A DNA stretch of 64,000 nt from Centroscyllium fabricii (lineage: Eukaryota). The first letter of the stretch is position 1, and the number at the start of each line of letters is the position of its first letter. The stretch spans positions 1,178,001 through 1,242,000 of the forward strand of contig JBNRSN020000118.1 in NCBI GenBank assembly GCA_051313645.2, written 5' to 3'. The position numbers were made by a program, and so were the translations under genes. Below the pieces are notes generated by a model. It did no database searches, was not told the origin of the DNA, and saw only the letters and a list, made by a program, of their open reading frames with translations. This document shows positions 13,414 to 27,579 of the stretch, in pieces.

Positions 13414-15562
13414 ACACTGTACAGATGTTCATCATGTTGTGGTGCACAATGTACAGATGTTCATCTTGTTGAGGTGCACACTGTACAGATGTTCATCATG
13501 TTGTGGTGCACACTGTACAGATGTTCATCATGTTGTGGTGCACACTGTACAGATGTTCAACATGTTGTGGTGCACACTTGACAGATGTTCATCATGTTGT
13601 GGTGCACACTGTACAGATGTTCATCATGTTGTGGTGCACAATGTACAGATGTTCATCTTGTTGCGGTGCACACTGTACAGATGTTCATCATGTTGTGGTG
13701 CACATTGTACAGATGTTCATCATGTTGTGGTGCACAATGTACAGATGTTCATCATGTTATGGTGCACACTGTACAGATGTTCATCATGTTGTGGTGCACA
13801 CTGTACAGATGTTCATCTTGATGTGGTGAACAATGTACAGCTGTTCATCATGTTGTGGTGCACACTGTACAGATGTTCATCATGTTGTGGTGCACACTTT
13901 ACAGATGTTCATCATGTTGTGGTGCACACTGTACAGATGTTCATCATGTTGTGGTGCACACTGTACAAATGTTCATCTTATTGTGTTGCACACTGTACAG
14001 ATGTTCATCTTGTTGTGGTGCACACTGTACAAATGTTCATCATGTTGTGGTGCACACTGTTCAGATGTTCATCTTGTTGTGGTGCTCACTTTACAGATGT
14101 TCATCATGTTGTGGAGCACAATGTACAGATGTTCATCATGTTGTTGTGCACAATTTAGAGATGTTCATCATGTTGTGGTGCACACTGTACAGATGTTCCT
14201 CTTGTTGTGGTGCACACTGTACAGATGTTCATCTAGTTGTGTTGCACACTGTACAGATGTTCATCTTGTTGTGGTGCACACTGTACAGATGTTCATCATA
14301 TTGTGGTGCACACTGTACAGATGTTCATCTTGTTGTGGGGCACACTGTACAGATGTTCATTATGTTGTGGTGCACACTGCACAGATGTTCATCATGTTGT
14401 GGTGCACACTCTACAGATGTTCACCTTTTTTGGTGCACACTGTACAGATGCTCATCTTGTTGTGGTGCAAACTGTACAGATGTTCATCATGTTGTGGTGC
14501 ACACTGTACAGATGTTCATCATGTTGTGGTGCACAATGTACAGATGTTCATCTTGTTGAGGTGCACACTGTACAGATGTTCATCATGTTGTGGTGCACAC
14601 TGTACAGATGTTCATCATGTTGTGGTGCACACTGTACAGATGTTCAACATGTTGTGGTGCACACTTGACAGATGTTCATCATGTTGTGGTGCACACTGTA
14701 CAGATGTTCATCATGTTGTGGTGCACAATGTACAGATGTTCATCTTGTTGCGGTGCACACTGTACAGATGTTCATCATGTTGTGGTGCACATTGTACAGA
14801 TGTTCATCATGTTGTGGTGCACACTGTACAGATGTTCATCATGTTGTGGTGCACACTGTACAGATGTTCATCATGTTGTGGTGCACACTGTACAGATGTT
14901 CAACTTGTTGTGGTGAACAATGTACAGCTGTTCATCATGTTGTGGTGCACACTGTACAGATGTTCATCATGTTGTGGTGCACACTTTACAGATGTTCATC
15001 ATGTTGTGGTGCACACTGTACAGATGTTCATCATGTTGTGGTGCACACTGTACAAATGTTCATCTTATTGTGTTGCACACTGTACAGATGTTCATCTTGT
15101 TGTGGTGCACACTGTACAGATGTTCATCATGTTGTGGTGCACACTGTTCAGATGTTCATCTTGTTGTGGTGCACACTTTACAGATGTTCATCATGTTGTG
15201 GAGCACAATGTACAGATGTTCATCATGTTGTTGTGCACAATTTAGAGATGTTCATCATGTTGTGGTGCACACTGTACAGATGTTCATCTTGTTGTGGTGC
15301 ACACTGTACAGATGTTCATCTAGTTGTGTTGCACACTGTACTGATGTTCATCTTGTTGTGGTGCACACTGTACAGATGTTCATCATATTGTGGTGCACAC
15401 TGTACAGATGTTCATCTTGTTGTGGGGCACACTGTACAGATGTTCATTATGTTATGGTGCACACTGCACAGATGTTCATCATGTTGTGGTGCACACTCTA
15501 CAGATGTTCACCTTTTTTGGTGCACACTGTACAGATGCTCATCTTGTTGTGGTGCAAACTGT
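13390..15562 (+). repeat. Tandem duplication, unit 1087 bp (34 monomers minus 1 bp)
   Basis: Private markers: GAGGT at 13471/14558, CACTTGACAG at 13575/14662, CTAGTT at about 14233/15320, 31-bp monomer at 14423/15510. Confidence 0.92.
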
Positions 15563-18500
15563 ACAGATGTTCATCATGTTGTGGTACACACTGTACAGAT
15601 GTTCATCATGTTGTGGTGCACACTGTACAGATGTTCATCTTGTTGTGGTGCACACTGTAGAGATGTTCATCTTGTTGTGGTGCACACTGTAAAGATGTTC
15701 ATCATGTTGTGGTGCACACTGTACAGATGTTCATCATGTTGTGGTGCACACTGTACACATGTTCATCATGTTGTGGTGCACGCTGTACATATGTTCACCT
15801 TCTTGTGGTGTGCACAGTACAGATGTTCATCATGTTGTGGTGCACACTGTACAGATGTTCATCTTGTTGTGGTGCACACTGTACAGATGTTCATCATATT
15901 GTGGTGCACACTGTACAGATGTTCATCGAGTTGTGGTGCACACTGTACAGATGTTCGACATGTTGTGGTGCACACTGTAGAGATGTTCAACATGTTGTGG
16001 TGCACACTGTACAGATGTTCATCATGTTGTGGTGCACACTGTACAGATGTTCATCATGTTGTGGTGCACATTGTACAGATGTTCATCATGTTGCGGTGCA
16101 CACTGTACAGATGTTCATCATGTTGTGGTGCACACTGTACAGATGTTCATCATGTTGTGGTGCACAATGTACAGATGTTCATCTTGTTGTGGTGCACACT
16201 GTACAGATGTTCATCATGTTGTGGTGCACACTGTACAGATGTTCATCATGTTGTGGTGCACACTGTACAGATGATCAACATGTTGTGGTGCACACTGTAC
16301 AGATGTTCATCATGTTGTGGTGCACACTGTACAGATGTTCATCATGTTGTGGTGCACAATGTACAGATGTTCATCTTGTTGTGGTGCACACTGTACATAT
16401 GTTGATCATGTTGTGGTGCACATTGTACAGATGTTCATCATGTTGTGGTGCACACTGTACAGATGTTCATCTTGTTGTGGAGCACAATGTACAGATGTTC
16501 ATCATGTTGTGGTGCACACTGTACAGATGTTCATCATGTTGTGGTGCACACTTTACAGATGTTCATCATGTTGTGGTGCACACTGTACAGATGTTCACCA
16601 TGTTGTGGTGCACACTGTACAAATGCTCATCTTATTGTGTTGCACACTGTACAGATGTTCATCTTGTTGTGGTGCACACTGTACAGATGTTCATCATGTT
16701 GTGCTGCACACTGTTCAGATGATCATCTTGTTGTGGTGCTCACTTTACGGATATTCATCATGTTGTGGAGCACAATGTACAGATGTTCATCATGTTGTTG
16801 TGCACAATTTAGAGATGTTCATCATGTTGTGGTGCACACTGTACAGATGTTCATCTTGTTGTGGTGCACACTGTACAGATGTTCATCTTTTTGTGTTGCA
16901 CACTGTACAGATGTTCATCTTGTTGTGCTGCACACTGTACAGATGTTCATCATGTTGTGGTGCACTTTTTACAGATGTTCATCTTGTTGTGGTGCACATT
17001 GTAGAGATGGTCACCATGTTGGGGTGCACACTGTACAGATGTTCATCTTGTTGTGGTGCACACTGTACAGATGTTTATCATGTTGTAGTGCACACTGTGC
17101 AGATGTTCATCTTGTTGTGGTGCACACTGTACAGATGTTCATCTTGTTGTGGTGCACATTGTACAGATGTTCATCATGTTGTGGTGCATACTGTACAGAT
17201 GTACATCTTGTTGTGGTGCACACTGTACAGATGTTCATCATGTTGTGGTGCACACTTTACAGATGTTCATCCTGCTGTTGTGCACACTGTACAGATGCTC
17301 ATCTTGTTGTGGTGCAAACTGTACAGATGTTCATCATGTTGTGGTACACAGTGCACAGATGTTCATCATGTTGTGGAACACACTGTACAGTTGTTCATCT
17401 TGTTGTGGTGCACACTGTACAGATGTTCATCATGTTGTGGTGCACACTGTACAGATGTTCATCATGTTGTGGTGCACACTGTACAAATGTTCATCTTATT
17501 GTGTTGAACACTGTACAGATGTTCATCTTGTTGTGGTGCACACTGTACAGATGTTCATCATGTTGTGGTGCACAATGTACAGATGTTCATCTTGTTGTGG
17601 TGCACACTGTACAGATGTTCATCTTGTTGTGGTGCACACTGTACAGATGTTCACCATATTGTGGTGCACACTGTACAGATGTTCATCTTTTAGTGGGGCA
17701 CACTCTACAGATGTTCATCATGTTGTGGTGCACACTGTACAGATGTACATCATGTTGTGGTGCACAGTGTACAGATGTTCATCATGTTGTGGTGCGCACT
17801 GTACAGATGTTCATCATGTCGTGGTGCACATTGTATAGATGTTCATCATGTTGTGGTGCACACTGTACAGACGTTCATCATGTTGTTGTGCACACTGTAC
17901 AGATGTTCATCATGTTGTGGTGCACAATGTACAGATGTTCATCTTGTGGTGGTGCACACTGTACAGATGTTCATCATGTTGTGGTGCACACTGTACAGAT
18001 GTTCAACATGTTGTGTTGCGCACTGTACAGATGTTCATCATGTTGTGGTGCACACAGTACAGATTTTCATCATGTTGTTGTGCACAATGTACAGATGTTC
18101 ATCTTGTTGTGGTGCTCACTGTACAGATGTTCATCATGTTGTGGTGCACATTGTACAGATGTTCATCATGTTGTGGTGCACACTGTACAGATGTTCATCA
18201 TGTTGTGGTGCACACTGTACATAAGTTCATCATGTTGTGGTGCACACTGTACAGATGTTCATCTTGTTGTGGTGCACAATGTACAGATGTTCATCATGAT
18301 GTGGTGCACACTGTACAGATGTTCATCATGTTGTGGTGCACACTGTACAGATGTTCATGATGTTGTGGTGCACACTGTACAGATGTTCATCATGTTGTGG
18401 TGCACACTGTAGAAATGTTCATCTTATTGTGTTGCACACTGTACAGATGTTCATCTTATTGTGGTGCACACTGTACAGATGTTCATCATGTTGTGGTGCA

Positions 18501-21500
18501 CACTGTACAGATGTTCATCTTGTTGTGGTGCACACTGTACAGATGTTCATCTTGTTGTGGTGCACACTGTACAGATGTTCATCATATTGTGGTGCACACT
18601 GTACAGATGTGCATCTTGTTGTGGGGCACACTGTACAGATGTTCATCATGTTGTGGTGCACAATGTACAGATGTTCATCATGTTGTGGTGCACACTGTAC
18701 AGATGTTCACCTTTTTTGGTGCACACTGTACAGATGCTCATCTTGTTGTGGTGCACACTGTACAGATGTTTATCATGTTGTGGTGCACACTGTACAGATG
18801 TTCATCATGTTGTGGTGCACGCTGTACAGATGTTCACCTTCTTGTGGTGTGCACAGTACAGATGTTCATCATGTTGTGGTGCACACTGTACAGATGTTCC
18901 TCATGTTGTGGTGCACACTGTACAGATGTTCATCTTATTGTGGTGCACACTGTACATATGTTCATCTTGTTGTGGTGCACACTGTACAGATGTTCATCAT
19001 GTTGTGGAGCACACTGTACAGATGTTCACCATGTTGTGGTGCACAATGTACAGACGTTCATCATGTTGTGGTGCACACTGTACAGATGTTCATCTTGTTC
19101 AGGTTCACATTGTACAGATTTTCACCATGTTGTGCTGCGCACTGTACAGATGTTCATCTTGTTGTGGTGCCCACTGTACAGATGTTCATCATGTTGTAGT
19201 GCACACTGTGCAGATGTTCATCTTGTTGTGGTGCACACTGTACAGATGTTTATCTTGTTGTGGTGCACATTGTACAGATGTTCATCATCTTGTGGTGCAT
19301 ACTGTACAGATGTACATATTGTTGTGGTGCACACTGTACAGATGTTCATCATGTTGTGGTGCACACTTTACAGATGTTCATCATGCTGTTGTGCACACTG
19401 TACAGATGCTCATCTTGTTGTGGTGCAAACTGTACAGATGATCATCATGTTGTGCTACACACTGTACAGATGTTCATCATGTTTTGGTGCTCACTGTACA
19501 GATGTTCATCTTGTTGTGGTGCACACTTTACAGATGTTCATCATGTTGTGGTGCACACTGTACAGATGTTCATCATGTTGTAGTGCACACTGTGCAGATG
19601 TTCATCTTGTTGTGGTGCACACTGTACAGATGTTCATCTTGTTGTGGTGCACATTGTACAGATGTTCATCATGTTGTGGTGCATACTGTACAGATGTACA
19701 TCTTATTGTGGTGCACACTGTACAGATGTTCATCATGTTGTGGTGCACACTTTACAGATGTTCATCATGCTGTTGTGCACACTGTACAGATGCTCATCTT
19801 GTTGTGGTGCACACTGTACAGATGTTCATCATGTTGAGGTGCACACTGTACAGATGTTCATCATGTTGTGGTGCACACTGCACAGATGTTCATCATGTTG
19901 TGGTGCACACACTACAGATGTTCCTCATGTTGTGGTGCACACTGTACAGATGATCATCTTGTTGTGGTGCAAACTGTACAGATGTTCATCATGTTGTGGT
20001 ACACACTGTACAGATGTTCATCATGTTGTGGTGCACACTGTACAGATGTTCATCTTGTTGTGGTGCACACTGTACATATGTTCATCTTGTTGTGGTGCAC
20101 ACTGTAAAGATGTTCATCATGTTGTGGTGCACACTGTACAGATGTTCATCATGTTGTGGTGCACAGTGTACACATGTTCATCATGTTGTGGTGCACGCTG
20201 TACAGATGTTCACCTTCTTGTGGTGTGCACAGTACAGATGTTCATCATGTTGTGGTGCACACTGTACAGATGTTCATCTTGTTGTGGTGCACACTGTACA
20301 GATGTTCATCATATTGTGGTGCACACTGTACAGATGTTCATCGTGTTGTGGTGCACACTGTACAGATGTTCGACATGTTGTGGTGCACACTGTAGAGATG
20401 TTCAACATGTTGTGGTGCACACTGTACAGATGTTCATCATGTTGTGGTGCACACTGTACAGATGTTCATCATGTTGTGGTGCACATTGTACAGATGTTCA
20501 TCATGTTGCGGTGCACACTGTACAGATGTTCATCATGTTGTGGTGCACACTGTACAGATGTTCATCATGTTGTGGTGCACAATGTACAGATGTTCATCTT
20601 GTTGTGGCGCACACTGTACAGATGTTCATCATGTTGTGGTGCACACTGTACAGATGTTCATCATGTTGTGGTGCACACTGTACAGATGTTCAACATGTTG
20701 TGGTGCACACTGTACAGATGTTCATCATGTTGTGGTGCACAATGTACAGATGTTCATCATGTTGTGGTGCACAATGTACAGATGTTCATCTTGTTGTGGT
20801 GCACACTGTACATATGTTGATCATGTTGTGGTGCACATTGTACAGATGTTCATCATGTTGTGGTGCACACTGTACAGATGTTCATCTTGTTGTGGAGCAC
20901 AATGTACAGATGTTCATCATGTTGTGGTGCACACTGTACAGATGTTCATCATGTTGTGGTGCACACTTTACAGATGTTCATCATGTTGTGGTGCACACTG
21001 TACAGATGTTCACCATGTTGTGGTGCACACTGTACAAATGCTCATCTTATTGTGTTGCACACTGTACAGATGTTCATCTTGTTGTGGTGCACACTGTACA
21101 GATGTTCATCATGTTGTGCTGCACACTGTTCAGATGATCATCTTGTTGTGGTGCACACTTTACGGATATTCATCATGTTGTGGAGCACAATGTACAGATG
21201 TTCATCATGTTGTTGTGCACAATTTAGAGATGTTCATCATGTTGTGGTGCACACTGTACAGATGTTCATCTTGTTGTGGTGCACACTGTACAGATGTTCA
21301 TCTTTTTGTGTTGCACACTGTACAGATGTTCATCTTGTTGTGCTGCACACTGTACAGATGTTCATCATGTTGTGGTGCACTTTTTACAGATGTTCATCTT
21401 GTTGTGGTGCACATTGTAGAGATGGTCACCATGTTGGGGTGCACACTGTACAGATGTTCATCTTGTTGTGGTGCACACTGTACAGATGTTCATCATGTTG

Positions 21501-24275
21501 TAGTGCACACTGTGCAGATGTTCATCTTGTTGTGGTGCACACTGTACAGATGTTCATCTTGTTGTGGTGCACATTGTACAGATGTTCATCATGTTGTGGT
21601 GCATACTGTACAGATGTACATCTTGTTGTGGTGCACAATGTACAGATGTTCATCATGTTGTGGTGCACACTTTACAGATGTTCATCCTGCTGTTGTGCAC
21701 ACTGTACAGATGCTCATCTTGTTGTGGTGCAAACTGTACAGATGTTCATCATGTTGTGGTACACAGTGCACAGATGTTCATCATGTTGTGGAGCACACTG
21801 TACAGATGTTCATCTTGTTGTGGTGCACACTGTACAGATGTTCATCATGTTGTGGTGCACACTGTACAGATGTTCATCATGTTGTGGTGCACACTGTACA
21901 AATGTTCATCTTATTGTGTTGAACACTGTACAGATGTTCATCTTGTTGTGGTGCACACTGTACAGATGTTCATCATGTTGTGGTGCACAATGTACAGATG
22001 TTCATCTTGTTGTGGTGCACACTGTACAGATGTTCATCTTGTTGTGGTGCACACTGTACAGATGTTCACCATATTGTGGTGCACACTGTACAGATGTTCA
22101 TCTTTTAGTGGGGCACACTCTACAGATGTTCATCATGTTGTGGTGCACACTGTACAGATGTACATCATGTTGTGGTGCACAGTGTACAGATGTTCATCAT
22201 GTTGTGGTGCGCACTGTACAGATGTTCATCATGTCGTGGTGCACATTGTATAGATGTTCATCATGTTGTGGTGCACACTGTACAGACGTTCATCATGTTG
22301 TTGTGCACACTGTACAGATGTTCATCATGTTGTGGTGCACAATGTACAGATGTTCATCTTGTGGTGGTGCACACTGTACAGATGTTCATCATGTTGTGGT
22401 GCACACTGTACAGATGTTCAACATGTTGTGGTGCGCACTGTACAGATGTTCATCATGTTGTGGTGCACACAGTACAGATTTTCATCATGTTGTTGTGCAC
22501 AATGTACAGATGTTCATCTTGTTGTGGTGCTCACTGTACAGATGTTCATCATGTTGTGGTGCACATTGTACAGATGTTCATCATGTTGTGGTGCACACTG
22601 TACAGATGTTCATCATGTTGTGGTGCACACTGTACATACGTTCATCATGTTGTGGTGCACAATGTACAGATGTTCATCTTGTTGTGGTGCACAATGTACA
22701 GATGTTCATCATGATGTGGTGCACACTGTACAGATGTTCATCATGTTGTGGTGCACACTGTACAGATGTTCATGATGTTGTGGTGCACACTGTACAGATG
22801 TTCATCATGTTGTGGTGCACACTGTAGAAATGTTCATCTTATTGTGTTGCACACTGTACAGATGTTCATCTTATTGTGGTGCACACTGTACAGATGTTCA
22901 TCATGTTGTGGTGCACACTGTACAGATGTTCATCTTGTTGTGGTGCACACTGTACAGATGTTCATCTTGTTGTGGTGCACACTGTACAGATGTTCATCAT
23001 ATTGTGGTGCACACTGTACAGATGTGCATCTTGTTGTGGGGCACACTGTACAGATGTTCATCATGTTGTGGTGCACACTGTACAGATGTTCATCATGTTG
23101 TGGTGCACACTGTACAGATGTTCACCTTTTTTGGTGCACACTGTACAGATGCTCATCTTGTTGTGGTGCACACTGTACAGATGTTTATCATGTTGTGGTG
23201 CACACTGTACAGATGTTCATCATGTTGTGGTGCACGCTGTACAGATGTTCACCTTCTTGTGGTGTGCACAGTACAGATGTTCATCATGTTGTGGTGCACA
23301 CTGTACAGATGTTCCTCATGTTGTGGTGCACACTGTACAGATGTTCATCTTATTGTGGTGCACACTGTACATATGTTCATCTTGTTGTGGTGCACACTGT
23401 ACAGATGTTCATCATGTTGTGGAGCACACTGTACAGATGTTCACCATGTTGTGGTGCACAATGTACAGACGTTCATCATGTTGTGGTGCACACTGTACAG
23501 ATGTTCATCTTGTTCTGGTTCACATTGTACAGATTTTCACCATGTTGTGCTGCGCACTGTACAGATGTTCATCTTGTTGTGGTGCCCACTGTACAGATGT
23601 TCATCATGTTGTAGTGCACACTGTGCAGATGTTCATCTTGTTGTGGTGCACACTGTACAGATGTTCATCTTGTTGTGGTGCACATTGTACAGATGTTCAT
23701 CATCTTGTGGTGCATACTGTACAGATGTACATCTTGTTGTGGTGCACACTGTACAGATGTTCATCATGTTGTGGTGCACACTTTACAGATGTTCATCATG
23801 CTGTTGTGCACACTGTACAGATGCTCATCTTGTTGTGGTGCAAACTGTACAGATGATCATCATGTTGTGCTACACACTGTACAGATGTTCATCATGTTTT
23901 GGTGCTCACTGTACAGATGTTCATCTTGTTGTGGTGCACACTGTACAGATGTTCATCATGTTGTGGTGCACACTGTACAGATGTTCATCATGTTGTAGTG
24001 CACACTGTGCAGATGTTCATCTTGTTGTGGTGCACACTGTACAGATGTTCATCTTGTTGTGGTGCACATTGTACAGATGTTCATCATGTTGTGGTGCATA
24101 CTGTACAGATGTACATCTTATTGTGGTGCACACTGTACAGATGTTCATCATGTTGTGGTGCACACTTTACAGATGTTCATCATGCTGTTGTGCACACTGT
24201 ACAGATGCTCATCTTGTTGTGGTGCACACTGTACAGATGTTCATCATGTTGAGGTGCACACTGTACAGATGTTCA
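15540..24275 (+). repeat. Tandem duplication, unit 4415 bp (138 monomers minus 1 bp)
   Basis: Shared markers: AAAGATG at 15691/20106, ORFs 16445/20860, 31-bp monomer at 18709/23124, GAGG at 19837/24252. Confidence 0.92.
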
Positions 24276-27200
24276 TCATGTTGTGGTACACACTGTACAG
24301 ATGTTCATCATGTTGTGGAGCACACTGTACAGATGTTCATCTTGTTGTGGTGCACACTGTACAGATGTTCATCATGTTGTGGTGCACACTGTACAGATGT
24401 TCATCAAGTTGTGGTGCACACTGTACAAATGTTCATCTTATTGTGTTGAACACTGTACAGATGTTCATCTTGTTGTGGTGCACACTGTACAGATGTTCAT
24501 AATGTTGTGGTGCACAATGTACAGATGTTCATCTTGTTGTGGTGCACACTGTACAGATGTTCATCTTGTTGTGGTGCACATTGTACAGATGTTCATCATA
24601 TTGTGGTGCACACTGTACAGATGTTCATCTTGTTGTGGGGCACACTGTACAGATGTGCATCATGTTGTGGTGCACACTGTACATATGTTCATCATGTTGT
24701 GGTGCACACTGTACAGATGTTCATCATGTTGTGGTGCACACTGTACAGATGTTCATCATGTTGTGGTGCATATTGTATAGATGTTCATCATGTTGTGGTG
24801 CACACTGTACAGACGTTCATCATGTTGTTGTGCACACTGTACAGATGTTCATCATGTTGTGGTGCACAATGTACAGATGTTCATCTTGTTGTTGTGCACA
24901 CTGTACAGATGTTCATCATGTTGTGGTGCACACTGTACAGATGTTCATCATGTGGTGGTGCACACTGTACAGATGTTCATCTTGTTGTGGTGCACACTGT
25001 ACAGATGTTCATCATGTTGTGGTGCACAATGTACAGATGTTCATCATGTTGTGGTGCACACTGTACAGATTTTCATGATGTTGTGGTGCACACTGTACAG
25101 ATGTTCATCATGTTGTGGTGCACACTGTACAAATGTTCATCTTATTGTGTTGCACACAGTACAGATGTTCATCTTGTTGTGGTGTACACTGTACAGATGT
25201 TCATCATGTTGTGGTGCACACTGTACAGATGTTCATCTTGTTGTGGTGCACACTGTACAGATGTCCATCTTGTTGTGGTGCTCACTGTACAGATGTTCAT
25301 CATATTGTGGGGCACACTGTACAGATGTTCATCTTGTTGTGGGGCACACTGTACAGATGTTCATCATGTTGTGGTGCACACTGTACAGATGTTCATCATG
25401 TTGTGGTGCACACTGTACAGATGTTCACCTTTTTTGGTGCACACTGTACAGATGTTCATCTTGTTGTGATGCAAACTGTGCAGATGTTCATCATGTTGTG
25501 GTACACACTGTACAGATGTTCATCATGTTGTGGTGCACAATGTACAGATGTTCATCTTGTTGAGGTGCACACTGTACAGATGTTCATCTTGTTGTGGTGC
25601 ACACTGTACAGATGTGCATCATGTTGTGGTGCACAATGTACAGATGTTCATCATGTTGTGTTGCACACTGTACAGATGTTCATCATGTTGTGGTGCACGC
25701 TGTACAGATGTTCACCTTCTTGTGGTGTGCACAGTACAGATGAACTTCATGTTGTGGTGCACAATGTACAGATGTTCCTCATGTTGTGGTGCACACTGTA
25801 CAGATGTTCATCTTATTGTGGTGCACACTGTACATATGTTCATCTTGTTGTGGTGCACACTGTACAGATGTTCATCATGTTGTGGAGCACACTGTACAGA
25901 TGTTCACCATGTTGTGGTGCACAATGTACAGACGTTCATCATGTTGTGGTGCACACTGTACAGATGTTCATTCTGTTGTGGTGCGCACTGTACAGATGTT
26001 CATCTTGTTGTGTTGCACACTGTACAGATGTTCATCTTATTGTGGTGCACACTGTACAGATGTTCATCATGTTGTGGTGCACATTGTACAGATGTTCATC
26101 TTGTTGTGTTTCACATTGTACAGATGTTCACCATGTTGTGGTGCGCACTGTACAGATGTTCATCTTGTTGTGGTGCACGCTGTACAGATGTTCATCATGT
26201 TGTAGTGCACACTGTGCAGATGTTCATCTTGTTGTGGTGCACACTGTACAGATGTTCATCTTGTTGTGGTGCACATTGTACAGATGTTCATCATGTTGTG
26301 GTGCATACTGTACAGATGTGCATCTTGTTGTGGTGCACACTGTACAGATGTTCATCATGTTGTGGTGCACACTTTACAGATGTTCATCATGCTGTTGTGC
26401 ACACTGTACAGATGCTCATCTTGTTGTGGTGCAAACTGTACAGATGTTCATCATGTTGTGGTACACACTGTACAGATGTTCATCATGTTGTGGTGCACAC
26501 TGTACAGATGTTCATCTTGTTGTGGTGCACACTGTACAGATGTTCATCATGTTGTGGTGCACACTGTACAGATGTTCATCATGTTGTAGTGCACACTGTG
26601 CAGATGTTCATCTTGTTGTGGTGCACACTGTACAGATGTTCATCTTGTTGTGGTGCACATTGTACAGATGTTCATCATGTTGTGGTGCACACTGTACAGA
26701 TGTTCATCATGTTGTAGTGCACACTGTGCAGATGTTCATCTTGTTGTGGTGCACACTGTACAGATGTTCATCATGTTGTGGTGCACATTGTACAGATGTT
26801 CATCATGTTGTGGTGCACACTGTACAGATGTTCATCATGTTGTGGTGCGCACTGTACAGATGTTCATCATGTGGTGGTGCACACTGTACAGATGTTCATC
26901 TTGTTGTGGTGCACACTGTACAGATGTTCATCATGTTGTGGTGCACACTGTACAGATGTTCATCATGTTGTGGTGCACACTGTACAGATTTTCATGATGT
27001 TGTGGTGCACACTGTACAGATGTTCATCATGTTGTGGTGCACACTGTACAAATGTTCATCTTATTGTGTTGCACACAGTACAGATGTTCATCTTGTTGTG
27101 GTGCACACTGTACAGATGTTCATCATGTTGTGGTGCACAATGTACAGATGTTCATCTTGTTGTGGTGCACACTGTACAGATGTTCATCTTGTTGTGGTGC

Positions 27201-27579
27201 TCACTGTACAGATGTTCATCATATTGTGGGGCACACTGTACAGATGTTCATCTTGTTGTGGGGCACACTGTACAGATGTTCATCATGTTGTGGTGCACAC
27301 TGTACAGATGTTCATCATGTTGTGGTGCACACTGTACAGATGTTCACCTTTTTTGGTGCACACTGTACAGATGCTCATCTTGTTGTGATGCAAACTGTGC
27401 AGATGTTCATCATGTTGTGGTACACACTGTACAGATGTTCATCATGTTGTGGTGCACAATGTACAGATGTTCATCTTGTTGTGGTGCACACTGTACAGAT
27501 GTTCATCTTGTTGTGGTGCACACTGTACAGATGTTCATCATGTTGTGGTGCACACTGTACAGATGTTCATCATGTTGTG